64,000 nt of DNA, taken from a virus. Its lineage: Duplodnaviria; Heunggongvirae; Uroviricota; Caudoviricetes. The stretch lies in the IMG/VR virus record IMGVR_UViG_2799112923_000002, positions 64,001-128,000 of that record; one strand, written 5' to 3'. Of this stretch, positions 46,001 to 59,727 are shown one piece after another. Position 1 is the stretch's first letter. Each line of letters begins with the position of its first letter. The notes beneath the pieces were generated by a model. That model searched no databases. It saw only the letters and a program-made list of their open reading frames with translations, and was not told where the DNA came from. The position numbers and the translations under genes are program-made.

Positions 46001-49000
46001 TGCAAACGTGTCTTTATCAGAAGGAGAAAATATTTTGACTTGAGAGATAGTGCCTATAGAACTTTCTCTATTGTTTATATTAACAATAGTTGTACTCGGA
46101 TCACCTTTTACTGCTCAGAATTCCTCTGCTTTTTCAAATAAATTGTTTTTACCACTCAATGATACTTGTCCATCAATAACTCCATTAATTAATGCGATAG
46201 GAACAAGTTTTGTTTTGCCTCCGATTTTTGTTCTTCAATAAACAACCGATTTAGACATTTCTGGATTACCATAAGATACAAATGTATGAGTACCGTTTCT
46301 AACTTCAGCATTTCAATTAGATATTAATTCTGTAATAACGCCTCTATCGGTTCGTTTAATTAAATTAGACAACGTATTAACATGATGTTCTTCTAATTCC
46401 ATGTTATATACAGCGGCAGAAGCAAATTTTCTAAATAAAGTTATAACATCATTTTCATTAGAAAAACCATCGGTAAGTTCAGAAAGTATGGAATATTTAT
46501 TAGAAGATTTCTTTTCTCCTGGTTTAACACCTTCACTTAAAAGTAATCCATTACTATCTAATGCTCAATTTACATAATCGTTTCAATCATAATAAGCACC
46601 ATTATCGGATAAAAGTTTATCAGAAATGCGTTTACGTTGAATTCTTATTTCTTTTTCAACATTACTTACAATGTTTTTACCTTTTTCATCTATTCCGTTT
46701 TCATTATTTTTTGCTTCAACAGTACTAGATCCAGGAATAGCCGCTTCTCGCTCATCTGCAGCATCTTCAAAACTAAAATTCTGATCATTGCCACCCTGAT
46801 TACCACTGTTTTCATCTTGTCCACCTTGATTTCCACTAGAAGTTTCATCTGGAAAACTTTCGGGTGTAACATTTAACATTGATTTAACGGCAGAAAAAGT
46901 TTTCTCCTTTCACTCTGCAAATGCTTTAAAAGATTGTTCGTTATTAATAGGATTTGTTAAAATCTTTTCTCCATTGTCATTAAACTTAATATTTAAATCG
47001 TTTAAATCTCCAACAAAGATTGTTCCTAATTTAGAACGTCCCATTAAAGTATAAACATCTTTATATCCTGAGTAAAGATTTTTAGAATCAAACTGTTTAT
47101 CAATAATAACATAATCGTATTCTCTACCTTGTACTTCTCTTGAAGTTAATACTTCTACTCCCTGTACATTAAGATATTCCGAATATTTTGTTTTATCGTC
47201 TGTAATGATACAAATTTGAGAAACACCGTTTTCGTGTAAAGATTTAGAAATATTTTTTAACTTTTCTACATTCTTTTCAAGTTCTTCTTTAGTAATGGAT
47301 TTTTCTCCAACAAATGTATTATTATCGGTATAATGTGAAAATGTAACACCTAAGTTTTGAGCAAGTCTTGTATCAATTTCTTTCTTTGCGGCTTCTGAAA
47401 TTTTTGTAAAATCTACTAAATAATTTTTACTAATTTCACGTTCAATTGCTTCAAGACAATCTTTAATAGCTTTATAATTTCTTTCTTTTGCCACATTTTC
47501 AAATCTAAGGCTCTCTCCTAATGAAGGACAGGATAGTACTAAAGCATCTGCAATAGAAGATTCAGCATAAGAGTTACCCTTTTTATAAAAAGCACCATTT
47601 TGTTTTTTATCACCATACATTAATACTTTTGCTCCAATTGCTTCAGCAAAAGCATCTAATAATTGTAAACAAGCAACATTCAAAAATTGTGCTTCATCTA
47701 CAAAAATGTATTGTGGTTTTAATCCTTTGTAATTATCAATAACTTTTTGTCTTACCTCTTCAAGAAAACCCTGTTTTAGTCTTGTATCGACATTTTCAAA
47801 AATCTCCTTTAATGTTGTATTTTTATCTATATCGGAAAGATCGAGATTATAAAAATCTATATCTTTATAGCTTCCGTTTTCATCAACAACTTCAATAATT
47901 TGTTTAATTAAATCAGGAAAAATTAATTTTCTCTTATCGTCATCGATTTTTAAAATTTCTGAATATGGAACAAGTTGTTTTTCCGTAGGAGCAATAACTA
48001 TTGCATTAAAAGATTCCCCTTTCTTTTTTTGCAACATACGGTATGTTAATAAAGATGTAGCAGACGTTTTTCCTGCACCGGTTCCACCTTGAATAAAGAA
48101 TAAATTCTTTAAAAGCTCTAATGAATTTCAACTCTTCTCTAATTTTTCTTTATCATCGATATTATCTGGAATTGAAACTTTACTAGCATTAATTGCATTT
48201 GCAATATGTGACAACACAGAATCTTTATCAGATATTCCAAATTCATAAGATACATGAACTGCTAACTCTTGTTGCATAAATGGCATATATGGATAATCGT
48301 CAGCTTCTTGCTCTTGCATATAAGATGCATAGAAATTTCCATAATCTTCATTTAATAATGCACCAAGTGTAACAACTATTCCCAGATTTGTTAAATTATT
48401 ATTAGATTCATCAGCTGTTTTAACTTCTCCATATTGTCCAAGTTTTGCTTTATCATCTAACATTTCTCCTAACAAATCTCCTATTTCTGCATTTGTACGA
48501 ATAACAGTTGATCCATTTTCTTCATAAGAAGAAAGTTCGGATCTAAGTAATTGTCAGAATTTTACATATCGCTTTTTAAAATCAGAGAAATTTTCAGTAG
48601 TTAAAGATGTTACATCAATGGATACACCTGATTCTGAAGCAGCCGTTTCTCATAATTTTTTAATATCGACATTAAATTTTTTATAAAATTTTCCAACTCA
48701 CGTAGCTTCATTATCAGTTTCTCCATTTAATATTTCATTCATTAAATTTTGATGGAAGAAAGTTTCTGCTTTTTGTGCGTAATTTTTCTTTGTATTTTCA
48801 TTAGCATCTGCGATTGATAACATTGTATCAACAATGTCTGCTAAATAAAGTAAATCTTCCACCAAACGATTTTTGGTATTTTCTGTAATTTCTGCGAGTT
48901 GAATATCAGTATCCTGTCTAGGTAACGTATTAATTGCTTCGTTTGTACCATCATATGCAGATTGAATTGCAACAGTTGCAAAACTAAGCATTGATTGTAC

Positions 49001-52000
49001 TTTTAATAATGCCGACTTTGCGTTTGGTTGTAATGAAAAATCAGTTAATTCATTTGAACTTAATAAAGAACGTTTTGATTCTTCAATTAAATTTAATAAC
49101 GGCATAACATCATCCCCAATTCCAATTTGCATATCATTAAGCAAATCGATTATACCATATGTTTTTGCAGAACGCATTATTTGATCTATATCATTAAACC
49201 AATTAATTAAATTTTCACCAAAAAGATACTTTTGAAAATTATCAAGCGCGTTGTTTAAAATTTCTACTCTTTGATCATCTGATACACCTTCTATATCAAT
49301 AATATCTTTTAAACTATTGATTGCTAAAATAACAGATTCAAGATCCCCACTATTTAAGGTTTCTTTTAACATTTCAATCTTAGCTAATAGTTCACCAGAA
49401 TTTATATCATATACATAATCATCTGGTAAATTAAATAATGAAACTGGATCACTTAAAATTTCATCTTGAGATATATTTTCAATAGCTTCTCCTGCATATC
49501 TCATTATATTTTGTAACAATAAATCTCCTGCACCACCGGCAATAATATTATTGTCTTTTAATGTATTAAAATATTGCATTGCAAATTGTGTGATCTTTTT
49601 TAGATTTTCTTTAATACCTAATTTAGCCTCAAGTTTTGCATTTTTATCTGTAGTTGGAGATTTTATTACATCATTTAAATCCTTAATTATAAGAGCAGCA
49701 TTTTGAATACCATCCCTAATAACAATACCTTGTTCACTTGGAATTTCTGTAAATATATCTTTTATGGGATCATAAATAGATTCATATTCAGCAATGCGTT
49801 GTTCTAAGTCTTCCGAAATTGAAACTTTTGCTTGTAAATCTGCAAGAGCTAAAGAATATTCTTCGGTTTCGGGTTCCAATGATGCAACTTTTCCTTCTGC
49901 AATAGATATATCCGATTTAACTTTTTCAAGAGCAGATTTATTATTTATATATTGTTTATACGTTTTAGATTGTGATAATGTTTTATGTAAATATAAAGGA
50001 TTTGCAGCAACGTCTTTTAAATTAGCTTCTGCGTTTGCTAATTTGGGGGCAAATGTTTCGTTTATATTTTTATAAAGTTGAAATAAAGTTTTTCCAACAT
50101 TTTGAATATCAGAAATATTGTCTGGATCACTAATAAAATTATCATAATCTGTTTTATAAAATGATTTTTCTGATTCAGATAAATCAGATAATTTTTTATG
50201 ATATCTTAATCAAATATAGTTAGCAAATCCAGTATCTCCAGTTAAAGCGTATTGATCTTCATCAAATAAATTATCTCCATTTTCAACAATATTCAACATT
50301 TGTTTCTGTAAATGAGCATTTGACAAATACATCGCTTGTTGAATATATTCACGATCATTTTCGTGTTTGAAAAATGCATCTTTCTGTGCAATTAAATTAT
50401 TTTTAAGATTTTGAAGATCGATTAGTTCTTGAGACGGCTCTTTATTATTTTTTGTTTCTGTATCAGATATTGGTTTACTTAATGCATCAATTTGAGATTG
50501 AATTCTTACTAAGTCTTTACTCAACTTAACAAGATCGTCCATAAATGTAGTGTGCATTGCCAACTGTTTTATTGCAGCTGATTGAACAGTATCCAGTTTT
50601 CCAAGTTTATCTATATTTCCTGCAAATTCAGTTAAATAACGGGTAACCGCACCTGTTGTTATACCAACATCTTTTAAAATTGATTCTAAACGATCTACTT
50701 CATGTGTAATGAGTTGATATGCAAATTCATTTTGATTATCGTCATTTGATGTTTCAGCAAATCTTATATTACCGTCCTCATCCTTAGTGAAATTTTTAAT
50801 AGAAAGATTTTTATTTCCTAAAATACCCTTATCTCGGTACATTTTAGCTCTTTCTTTTATTTCGTTACCTTTTCCATTTAAGATAAGGAAAAGCATTTGT
50901 TCGCTGGTATTATTTAAATCAGAAACACTAGGTCTATTATATATAGCGTTTTCGTATTGTGTAATCCCTTCAAATACAGCACCACCAAGAAAACCTCCTC
51001 CAAAAGAAGTAAGATATCTTTGCATTGCCTCTCCTAATGACCAACCAAAATCTAATTTTTCATTTGGCTTTGCAGTCATATTTATACCCAATGCTTCACC
51101 TCCTGCAAAAATACCTTTAATCATATCTTGAGCAACTTCTTCCATTGTTTCCTCAAGACCTTCATTTACCGATCTATTTAATATAATATTAAATGTTGAT
51201 AATGCTTTACGTGCTCCAGTTTTTTTACCACCTTCAACAACACCTCTTGCGACTGTTAGATCTTTAGGGGTTCCAGATAAACTTGATTTAGAAAATTTTT
51301 CTCATCCAGATATAACAGTTTCTTTAACTCGATTAAATAATTCCGCTGCTTCTTTTTGATTTCCTTTAATCAATTCATTAACTCCTTTTCCAGTTTCTGC
51401 TTGTGCCAGTCTTTCAATATTATCTTTTGAATAATTTTTTATAATATTGTTTACTTCTGATTCATCTAGTCAAGTTCCTTTAAAGAGTGCATCTTTAAAG
51501 TAATCCATATTCATTAGACTATATAAACCTGCCATCGTACCAAGCATTCCTATTCCAGCAACAGCGTCACTTGCTCCTGCTTCTTTAAAACTACTGTAAC
51601 TATCAGTAGAAGAAGTTAACGCCATATAAGCCAAAGATAATCTTTGCCCTCATTTAGAATCAAGCATTGTATCTCCACTTCTTAGAAGATGCTGAGATAA
51701 ATTTGCAACTTGACGTTGCGAGAAAAGTTGCATTGAACTAGAACGAATAATTTCTCCTAGATTCTCCCATGATAAAAACTTTTCTTTTCCTTTATCAGAC
51801 TGTGTTGGACTCCATCTTTCAAGCCAACCTTCAGCACTGGTCAGAGCTCTTCCATAAGGACTATCATTAGAACCGAGAATTCCATTTATACCTTTTAATA
51901 AAGTTGGCATTGCAGCAGTTAATCCCCCAACCATTCCAATAGTACCTCAAATACTACTCATTCCTGGAATTAATAACGGTGCTACATAAGCTGCTGTTTG

Positions 52001-52774
52001 TAATATAGTTTTTCCAATACTTTTATCTAAACCATCACTATCGAAAAAATCTCATTTATTAATAGGCGTTCCATCTACAGTAAGTGTATCGGAAACTCTA
52101 AGAACTTCTTTCCCATAAGGATCTCTATTGCCAAGTTTTTCATAAAAAGGATCTCCATTTTCATTTAATTTAAAATCACCTTTTCTATGTTGTACAGTTC
52201 TTCCATTTTCTTGATGCACACCGTCTTCATCATATGTGGCAAGAACCATTGTTGGAGCAAAAATAGATTTAAAAAATCCATGATTGTTAGGAGTTCATCC
52301 TAATCCGTTTCCATTTTCATCCTGCGCTTCACTATCTTGAGCGATCTCTCTCATACTAAATACAGGAGCACCAATTGATCCAATTCCCGTGATTCCTTTT
52401 GCTCTACGTCCAAAATCACCACTACCACGATAAATGATAGCGGTGACATCCTTTACATTTGATTTAAAAGGTTGTGTTCAATCTAAAGGATCTTTATCCA
52501 AACTTTCAATCAAATGTTTTTCATAATCATCGTTTGAAAATTTATTATATGAATTAGATACGCTATCATAAAAATTTTGAAATTTAGATTCATCAAAATT
52601 ACCTAAATCGTTTTTAAATAAATCATTATTTTTTACCGCATCTAAATTTTTATAATAATCTGCATCTTTTAAACCGGTATTATCTGCTGTAACACCATGT
52701 AATAACATATCTTCATATGTAGCATTAGGTTGATTCAGCATTACCGCAAACATATCATTCTTTTTATTTGCCAT
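43028..52774 (-). CDS. Giant virion (ejection) protein with embedded superfamily 1 helicase domain, 3248 aa
   Basis: QGGTGAGKTS (about 48062-48091), IFVDEAQ, YGDKKQ, TSREVQGREYD and YTLMGRSK. Hydrophobic Gly/Ala-rich segments in the N-terminal part. Confidence 0.82.
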
Positions 52775-52775
52775 A

Positions 52776-54659
52776 TTAGGAATCAAAATTAGTTATAAAT
52801 TGATCTTGCATTATATTGGATTGTACAATATGACTTAAATATGCTTTTTCTGGAACGTTTCTAAATGTTTCTTTACCGTAGAACTGATCATTAGACATTA
52901 GGAAGCCCTGTGTTTCATCTAAAATAGGAACATATACGTTTCCATAATAAAAATCATTTTTCTTTGCATCACCGTAATTATGAGATTTTGTCTCTTTCTT
53001 TGTTGGATCAAGTTTTCCGTATTGCACTAATTTATTATATTCATCTTTCACTGCACCAGCTTCCATTCTAGATAAATGTTCTAAGAATGGTTTTGATTGT
53101 TCTTCAATTTTGATTAAATCTCTATTTGCATATCCAGCAAAAGACATGAAAAATCCCATTTTTTCTGGTTTAAACTGTAAAGTATTATTTTCAGTTATGA
53201 TTACATCATCTGAAATAGATCCGAGTTTATCACGTATTTCTAATTGTGTAATACCAGGATGATCTTTAATATATCTTTGTACTTCGTTAAATTTAACAAG
53301 TGCTGAAAAATCTGGAGTAGTATAACCATTATCTGAAATCTTTTTTGGTAATGCTACACGGGTTAATTGACTACTACCATCTCATACAATAGCACTCTTC
53401 TGATTTGGATTAATTACTTGATTTCCAAATGTAATTTGTCCAAGATTGGCTCCTCGCAAACCAAATACTTTCGGAAGTAATACTTCAAGATTGTTTCTAG
53501 TAAGTCCGTTTTTATCATCATCTGATAAAGGTCCTGCATTTCACGCAGCAATCGCCATTTGAGCTGTATCTGCTACACGTTGTGCAATAGGACTTATATA
53601 AGCTGTAGTTTGTTGTAAATGACCTCTGTTTATTTCGTCTGGAAGTGTACCTTGAGTTAATTGTTCTGTAGAACTTCCACCTTTCTTTCCAGTAGTATAT
53701 GGATCATATTCTGTTGCAGTTTTATCAAAATCAACTGTTTTGGAATAACTTGGATAATGATATAATGCTTGTAAGATTAGTCTTGTAACATCCTTTTCAT
53801 TTTTTGGATCTCCACCTTCAGCTGCAGTTTTAGCAATTAATAAATTTCTAGCATTAGGTGTCATTCCTTCGTATAAAAAGTTTATAGCAGCATTAACATC
53901 ACGCAACTGATCTTCAGTTTTAAATTTATAATATCCATCGGGACCAGCTTGATTTAATAAAGCAAGACCTCTATTAACAGAATCATCTTTAGTTGTATAA
54001 CCACCTAATTCATCTGTACCAAAAGCTTTTATACTAGTACGAAGATAATCCGTAATTGATTTCATACCGATAGTATTTTGAAGATCGTTTAAAATACTAG
54101 TATCAAAAGCTAAGCCATCTTCATGTTCTCTATAATAGAGAAGTTCATCATTTGTTAAAATTCGATATTTTTCAGAATCATAATCATTCGGTTTTATTCT
54201 AACAATATTTCCATCTTCGTTAAGTGCATACATTAATCCAGTACTAGTAATGGCTACTTCTGAACCTGCAGCTTCAGATGTCATTTGTTGAACAGCTTTA
54301 TCCCGTAAGTTATTATTGTACTTAACATCATTTACAAGTTGCTGAACTTTCATTAAATCCGATAAATCATAATCATCCTCTTCTCCTCCAAAAATACTGT
54401 AATTACTTAAAGATTGTGCTTTAGTTAAAAATGTATTTGCAGCTTTTAATAAAGTACTTACATCACTAGGCATTCCGTTTTCTTTAAGTAAATCAATTAT
54501 TTCTTTTTTCATTGTACCAGAAATCTTTTCTGGCGAACTTCCCGATGAAGCGGTTCCACCAGAAGTAGTAGAAGTACTCTCTTGAAGAGAACCGGCTTGA
54601 GCAGGAAGATAGGGGGTGTATACCACACCCCCCACTTGATACTTCCTTTTAATGTACAT
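52776..54659 (-). CDS. Putative virion/ejection protein, 627 aa
   Basis: Starts MYIKRKYQVGG; two track ORFs joined through TGA. Confidence 0.75.
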
Positions 54660-57600
54660 TTATTGGTTTTGTTTGTAATAACAGTTTAATAATCGCATCA
54701 TTCAGCTGTTTAACTGCTTGTGCAGAGTCTTTTGTATTTTGTAATAATAATTCAGGATATGGATCTCTTGAATATGTTACAGCAGAACGTTTGCCTTCGG
54801 AAGAAACTTTACCACCTGTCTTCAGAATACCTCTTTTAAACATTGGAGATAACTGAGCATATAAACCTGAATAACCTAAACCTTGTTGCTTTAATGCAAG
54901 TTGTGATTTAATTGTTGCAAGAGCTCTCTGTGCATTTTCACTATTTGGATCGTCTTTATATAGACGATTAAAGTTATCCATTTCTGTGCGATACCATTCA
55001 TCTAATGCACCAAGATCTTTATTATACGCTTTAGCCGCTTCTAATTGATTTCTCATTTGCCAATTACGATTATATCAATCTTGGGTAGCGTATGCAGCTT
55101 GATCAAAGAATTTAGATTTTTCAGCAATATTAGCATTCTTTGCCTGAACGTCTTCAATACCGTGTTGCCAACGAAGCTGTCCATTTTGATTAGCTACATT
55201 AACATGTCTCAACTGTTCATTGTTCCAGAAATCTTGTAATCCAGCTAAATATTTGCCAAATTCTTCAGAATCCGCAAGTGTACCTTGCATTTCATAATTA
55301 AATGCATCTTGTTGACGCTGACGTTGCATTAAATCGTTTTGCATAGCATCAGACGTTACTGGTTTAGACATTCTCGCCTGATTTGCCAACGCTCTATATG
55401 CCTCACCTCTACCACTAGAAATAAATCTTGGAGTATTCAATAAAGCATCTTGCATCTGATAATGAGGACGATTTAAGAAATTCTCTAATTGCTTATCACT
55501 CTGCTTCATTGCATATAATGAGCGAGCTCAATTCATAGGAACATTTAAATCAGGATTTCATTTTTGTTCAGAGAATGTACCTTGAATATAAGGATTTTGT
55601 TTTCCTTCAGATTCTGTACCTTGAATTGATTCTGTTCCTGTAGTTTTAACAGTTGACTGAACAGGTCGTCCTGTCATAGGATTTGTAACTTTGAAACTTG
55701 TTGTAGAACTATTTAATGAAGTTGGTGAAGATGGTATAAATGTCGTTGTATTTCCAGTAGGAACCGTATATAAAGGATCTGTTTTAAACTTAAATCCGGT
55801 AGATAAATCTGGATTTAAAATAGGTCCATTAAACTTTAATCCAGATTGTCCTTTTTCTATCTTACCACCTTTCTTAAATAAAGGTTGCATAACTGCACCA
55901 GAAGGTTGTTGATCTTCATATCCAAGAAGCTTTAATGGAATAATTGGCTGTGGTAATGCTATACCTTGCCTTGGTACAGCAGTAGTAGCGGTTCTCGAAG
56001 TATAAGCAGTATAATTTGCACGACCTGGATTTTGTATCATTCCTGGACCATTTAACTCTGTAAAACCTCCAGGAAGCATCTCCTGACTAAATTGTCGGCC
56101 TTTGAATTCAGATAAAGGTATCTCTCTACTAACAACTTGTCCTTTTGTTCTAAATACCCTAGGTTTTGTTGGATAAACGTCAGTATCCGTTCTAGTTAAT
56201 TCGTAAGCTTTTGTTGTAGTTCGAGTTGGTCTTTCTCCTCGTAACTGTGCATTATACGTACTTTGTTTATCTCCAACACCATACCATCAATCGTGTCATT
56301 TATTACCGTTCGCTTGCTCAGTAGTTGTATTCGTGTTTGTTTTTTTCTTTACATTTACTACAATATCTCCATCCTTACCACGTATTTGTTGTCAAATTGT
56401 TTTCTTTTGTTTAAGTAAGGATTCTGCAGCAGCTGCAATATCTTTATCAGATGCGTTAGGTGCCTTTGCTTTTATAGCTTCACGTAAGGCTTTAGGTTGA
56501 TCGGAAGCAGATAAAACCTTTTTAATTGCTGCATCATCAAGTGTAATATCTGAATCCCCAATCTTAAAGTTTTCTGAATATGCCTTTGTCTTAGTTGTCT
56601 TTGTACTTCTTCCAAATCCACCAGATTTTCCGATTCCAACACCAGCAGTAATAGCATTTACAAGCATATCAACATCACGAGTTGTAAACTTTTGTCCAGA
56701 AGCAATTTTCTTTGCGGTTTCTACAACTCCAGCACCAAGACCATAAACAGATGCAGCTTTGATAATTGTAGGTAATGCGTTTTTGACAGCTTTTGGAATT
56801 CTAGCAAGTTTACCCATACCACCAAGTACAGGTAGTAACATTGTAGCATCCATTCCAAGATTTAATAAATAATTAGGAATAGCGCCCTTTGTTCCTCTAC
56901 TTAAATCGGCATATAATCTAGCAGTAGAACCTGTTGCACCAGTAGCAACTGATGCAATATTAGCACCTGGAATAAAAGCAGTAGTAAGAGAACCTAAATC
57001 TGCTGCAAGTGCTACCATATCAGCTGTATCAGCATCAGTTCAATTTTTACCTCCAATTTCTGCAACACTAGCTGCATTTTTAGGATTTGTATTCGTAGTA
57101 TTTACTATTCTTTCTGTAACACCAGTTGCAGTTTTAGCACCTCCCGCAATACCACCTTTTTGATCTTTTAATACACCACCGTTTTTCTCAAATTGTGGAG
57201 CGTTTACAAGCATATTATTTCTACGATCAATTCTAGATCCTTTTCTATTATTTTTAATAGCTTCTACAAGTTGTTTAATTTCCTCTTCAGAAAAGCCCAT
57301 TTTTCTGAATTGATTAGATAAACTGCTAAAGTTTCAAAATTCATTATCACCTTGTCTAAATCCAGACTGAACTAATGTAGATAGCGCAGTCATGAAATTC
57401 TTCTTATTTTGTGCATTACCTATAACACGAGACAATCAACTATTTTCTCCATTTTGTTTTATATTGTTCATGAGTATTTGGGCAATCTCTTTTGGAAGAA
57501 CAATATCTTGATTGTCTGTTCCGTTTGCATAAATCTGAGGCATATGAAGAATCACATCTTCGTCCGGATTTTCTATACTTCTATAAAATCTAAATCCAGT

Positions 57601-59109
57601 AGCTTGTTTATTCTTATCAAAAAGATCTTCATAATATCTATTATTGTATGCACCATTATTTTTGCCAACAGTACGCTTATATGTATTTAAACCAGTTTCT
57701 CTTGCTTGTCCATTTTCTAATTGAATAACTTCTTCAGGAGTTAATTCTCTTTCTAAACCACCTCGATTATTTAAAAGAGCGTACTTATAATTATATCTAC
57801 GATAAGGGCCTTCTAATGAATCGTCGCCAAGATTTACATATTGAATTAATTGTTGGTCGTCAGTCATTCCATTAGTAGTAGCAAGTCCAGTTAAATCAGA
57901 AAAACGATAATTTGGGTTTGCGGAAAGGAATGTAGAATATTGATCTGGATTTAAATAAATTGGATTTTCCCGAGCAAGATCTGTGAAGCGGGTTAAAATT
58001 TGATTATCTGCACCAGTTCAATTACCTGATTTCATCATGGAATTAAACCCTCCATCTGCATTTAATATTCTCGCTAATGTAGGATTATCTAATGCATATA
58101 AGCGATTATTATAAAGGGTATAATTTCTATAAGGATCAAATGATCCATCTGCACCATAACGACTGTTATAAAAGTCATCATTAAACCAAATATTCCTTCC
58201 TTCTAAATCTCCAAGATTTCATCCTCAAGATTCACCATCATTTAAAGATATAGAACCATCATCGTTTATATGAGCTCTACTTCCTAAAAGATCAGCAAGT
58301 CCTCCATGTCCTGCATTATTTCATTTAAGTCTATCCGATGCTGTTAGTCCAGATGCATCAACACTGTCACTATCACTAGTATCAGGTTTAGCAATAAAGA
58401 AATTATTTAAAAATTTAATATCGTCTTCTCCTAGTTGGTTGTTTTTTGCTCTAGTTTTAATTTGATCAAGTGTATCTGCTCAACGATCTTTACTTTGATT
58501 ATATAAACCTTGTAAAGCTGACATGTGTTCCGGCGTATATTGTGAAGCAAGTTTGTATATTTTCTTTCCAGCTTCAGGATCACTTAAATAAGCGGTCATA
58601 TCATCTAAACGTTGCATCAGACCTGCATTTTTTGCAGAATTTTCTGATCAAACTTTAGTTCCGTCTTTATCTATATAATCAAATCATGCTGTATCTCCAT
58701 AAATATCTTTTAGATTAGTAGGAGTTTCTTCAGTTGCTTTAGGAACTTGATAATGAAAGGATCCTATAGCAGAAAGTGCATTTCTAAAACGATGTGCATC
58801 TGTATCAAATTGTGCTTCTCACCATTTTCTTCATCTACTAGAATTAGCACCACGTAAATTATTTTGCCGATCAGTAATTCCACTTCAATCACCATACATT
58901 CCAGAAATAGTATTAGCAGCACTATCATATCGTAAATCCTGTCCATCTTGTAGAGCATTACTTAAACCAGCAAGAGTTTGAGCATCTGTTCCAGCAGTAT
59001 TTCTTAAGTGTGTTGTTAATGCATTGATGAATTCTGGTGTTGCTTTATATTTGATTCCATCAATGGTTAAAGAACCACCTGATTGTAATTTTGTTATAAC
59101 TTGACTCAT
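54649..59109 (-). CDS. Putative virion/ejection protein, 1486 aa
   Basis: Starts MSQVITKLQSGG; seven track ORFs in one frame; hydrophobic Gly/Ala-rich region about 56650-57020. Confidence 0.8.
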
Positions 59110-59127
59110 GTACTATAATATAAATAA

Positions 59128-59154
59128 CTCGGGACTTGTGTCCCAAATCCCGAG
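59128..59154 (-). terminator. Hairpin or partial terminator between the small gene and the giant-gene operon
   Basis: CTCGGGA/TCCCGAG stem followed on the - strand by TTATTTATT. Confidence 0.55.
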
Positions 59155-59175
59155 TCAAGTTTTCTAAATCTTAAA

Positions 59176-59463
59176 TTATTTTCTAACCATTCTGTAAGAA
59201 GTGATCTTACCACCCTTACCAAAAACAGGTTGTGCTTGTGCGCCTTGTGCTTGTTGAAGAAGTTCTAGGAACATTTGTGCACCTTGTGCTAGCATTGAGC
59301 AATCTTGTGCTTGTAAACCTTGCATAAACATTTCAGCAATTGCCATAAGAGGATCTTGTCCTTCTTGTGCTGGCATTCCACCTTCAACTGGTGCAGCTTC
59401 GACTGGTGCACCTGCTTCTGGAGCCTCTACTGGGCCACCCATTTGTAATTTACGAAGTTTCAT
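59176..59463 (-). CDS. Small low-complexity protein, 95 aa, high-expression codon bias
   Basis: MKLRKLQMGG...PAE-rich...FGKGGKI, directly downstream of the - strand promoter. Confidence 0.8.
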   Translation of the reverse strand: MKLRKLQMGGPVEAPEAGAPVEAAPVEGGMPAQEGQDPLMAIAEMFMQGLQAQDCSMLAQGAQMFLELLQQAQGAQAQPVFGKGGKITSYRMVRK

Positions 59464-59524
59464 ATAAAATTTTGTTTTAAATTGTTAATATGTATGAATC
59501 TCTTATTTTCGTATCAATCAACCG

Positions 59525-59556
59525 CAAATATACTAAAAATATTTCAAATAAACAAA
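59525..59556 (-). promoter_or_regulatory. Bacteroidota-type promoter driving the ejection-protein/vRNAP operon
   Basis: On the - strand: TTTG (59556-59553), 20 nt, TATATTTG (59532-59525). Confidence 0.85.
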
Positions 59557-59575
59557 TTTTATTTCTATAAATTTA

Positions 59576-59607
59576 TTTGGAATTTTAAAAAATTATACTT
59601 ATATTTG
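59576..59607 (+). promoter_or_regulatory. Divergent Bacteroidota-type promoter on the + strand
   Basis: TTTG (59576-59579), 20 nt, TATATTTG (59600-59607). Confidence 0.8.
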
Positions 59608-59611
59608 TATC

Positions 59612-59724
59612 CAGAACGATTGGAAAAAGAATATGTACGACCGAATTAGGTACTATATTAAAAAGTATTGACCCAACTCAGTTCTATATATGCCCTCTGG
59701 TGTTAAACCAGGGGGCTTTTTGTT
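59612..59724 (+). ncRNA. Candidate about 110-nt small RNA or leader transcript
   Basis: Bounded by a consensus promoter and a + strand terminator; internal AGAAC/GTTCT and AATATGTAC/GTACTATATT pairings. Confidence 0.5.
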
Positions 59725-59727
59725 TTT
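59692..59727 (+). terminator. Rho-independent terminator (+ strand)
   Basis: GCCCTCTGGT/ACCAGGGGGC stem (G-U valid on +) followed by TTTTTGTTTTTC. Confidence 0.8.

Noticed and set aside
46700-46830. Short imperfect repeat (GNQGGQDENSGNQGGNDQ) in the 3248-aa protein
   Set aside because: It is a low-complexity linker with only two imperfect copies and no sign of an array or phase variation.
28892-58958. Plus-strand and alternate-frame track ORFs within the giant minus-strand genes (e.g. 29534-29836, 49794-50075, 50787-51131, 56472-56657)
   Set aside because: They lie fully inside long continuous reading frames, have no motifs, and are expected by chance.
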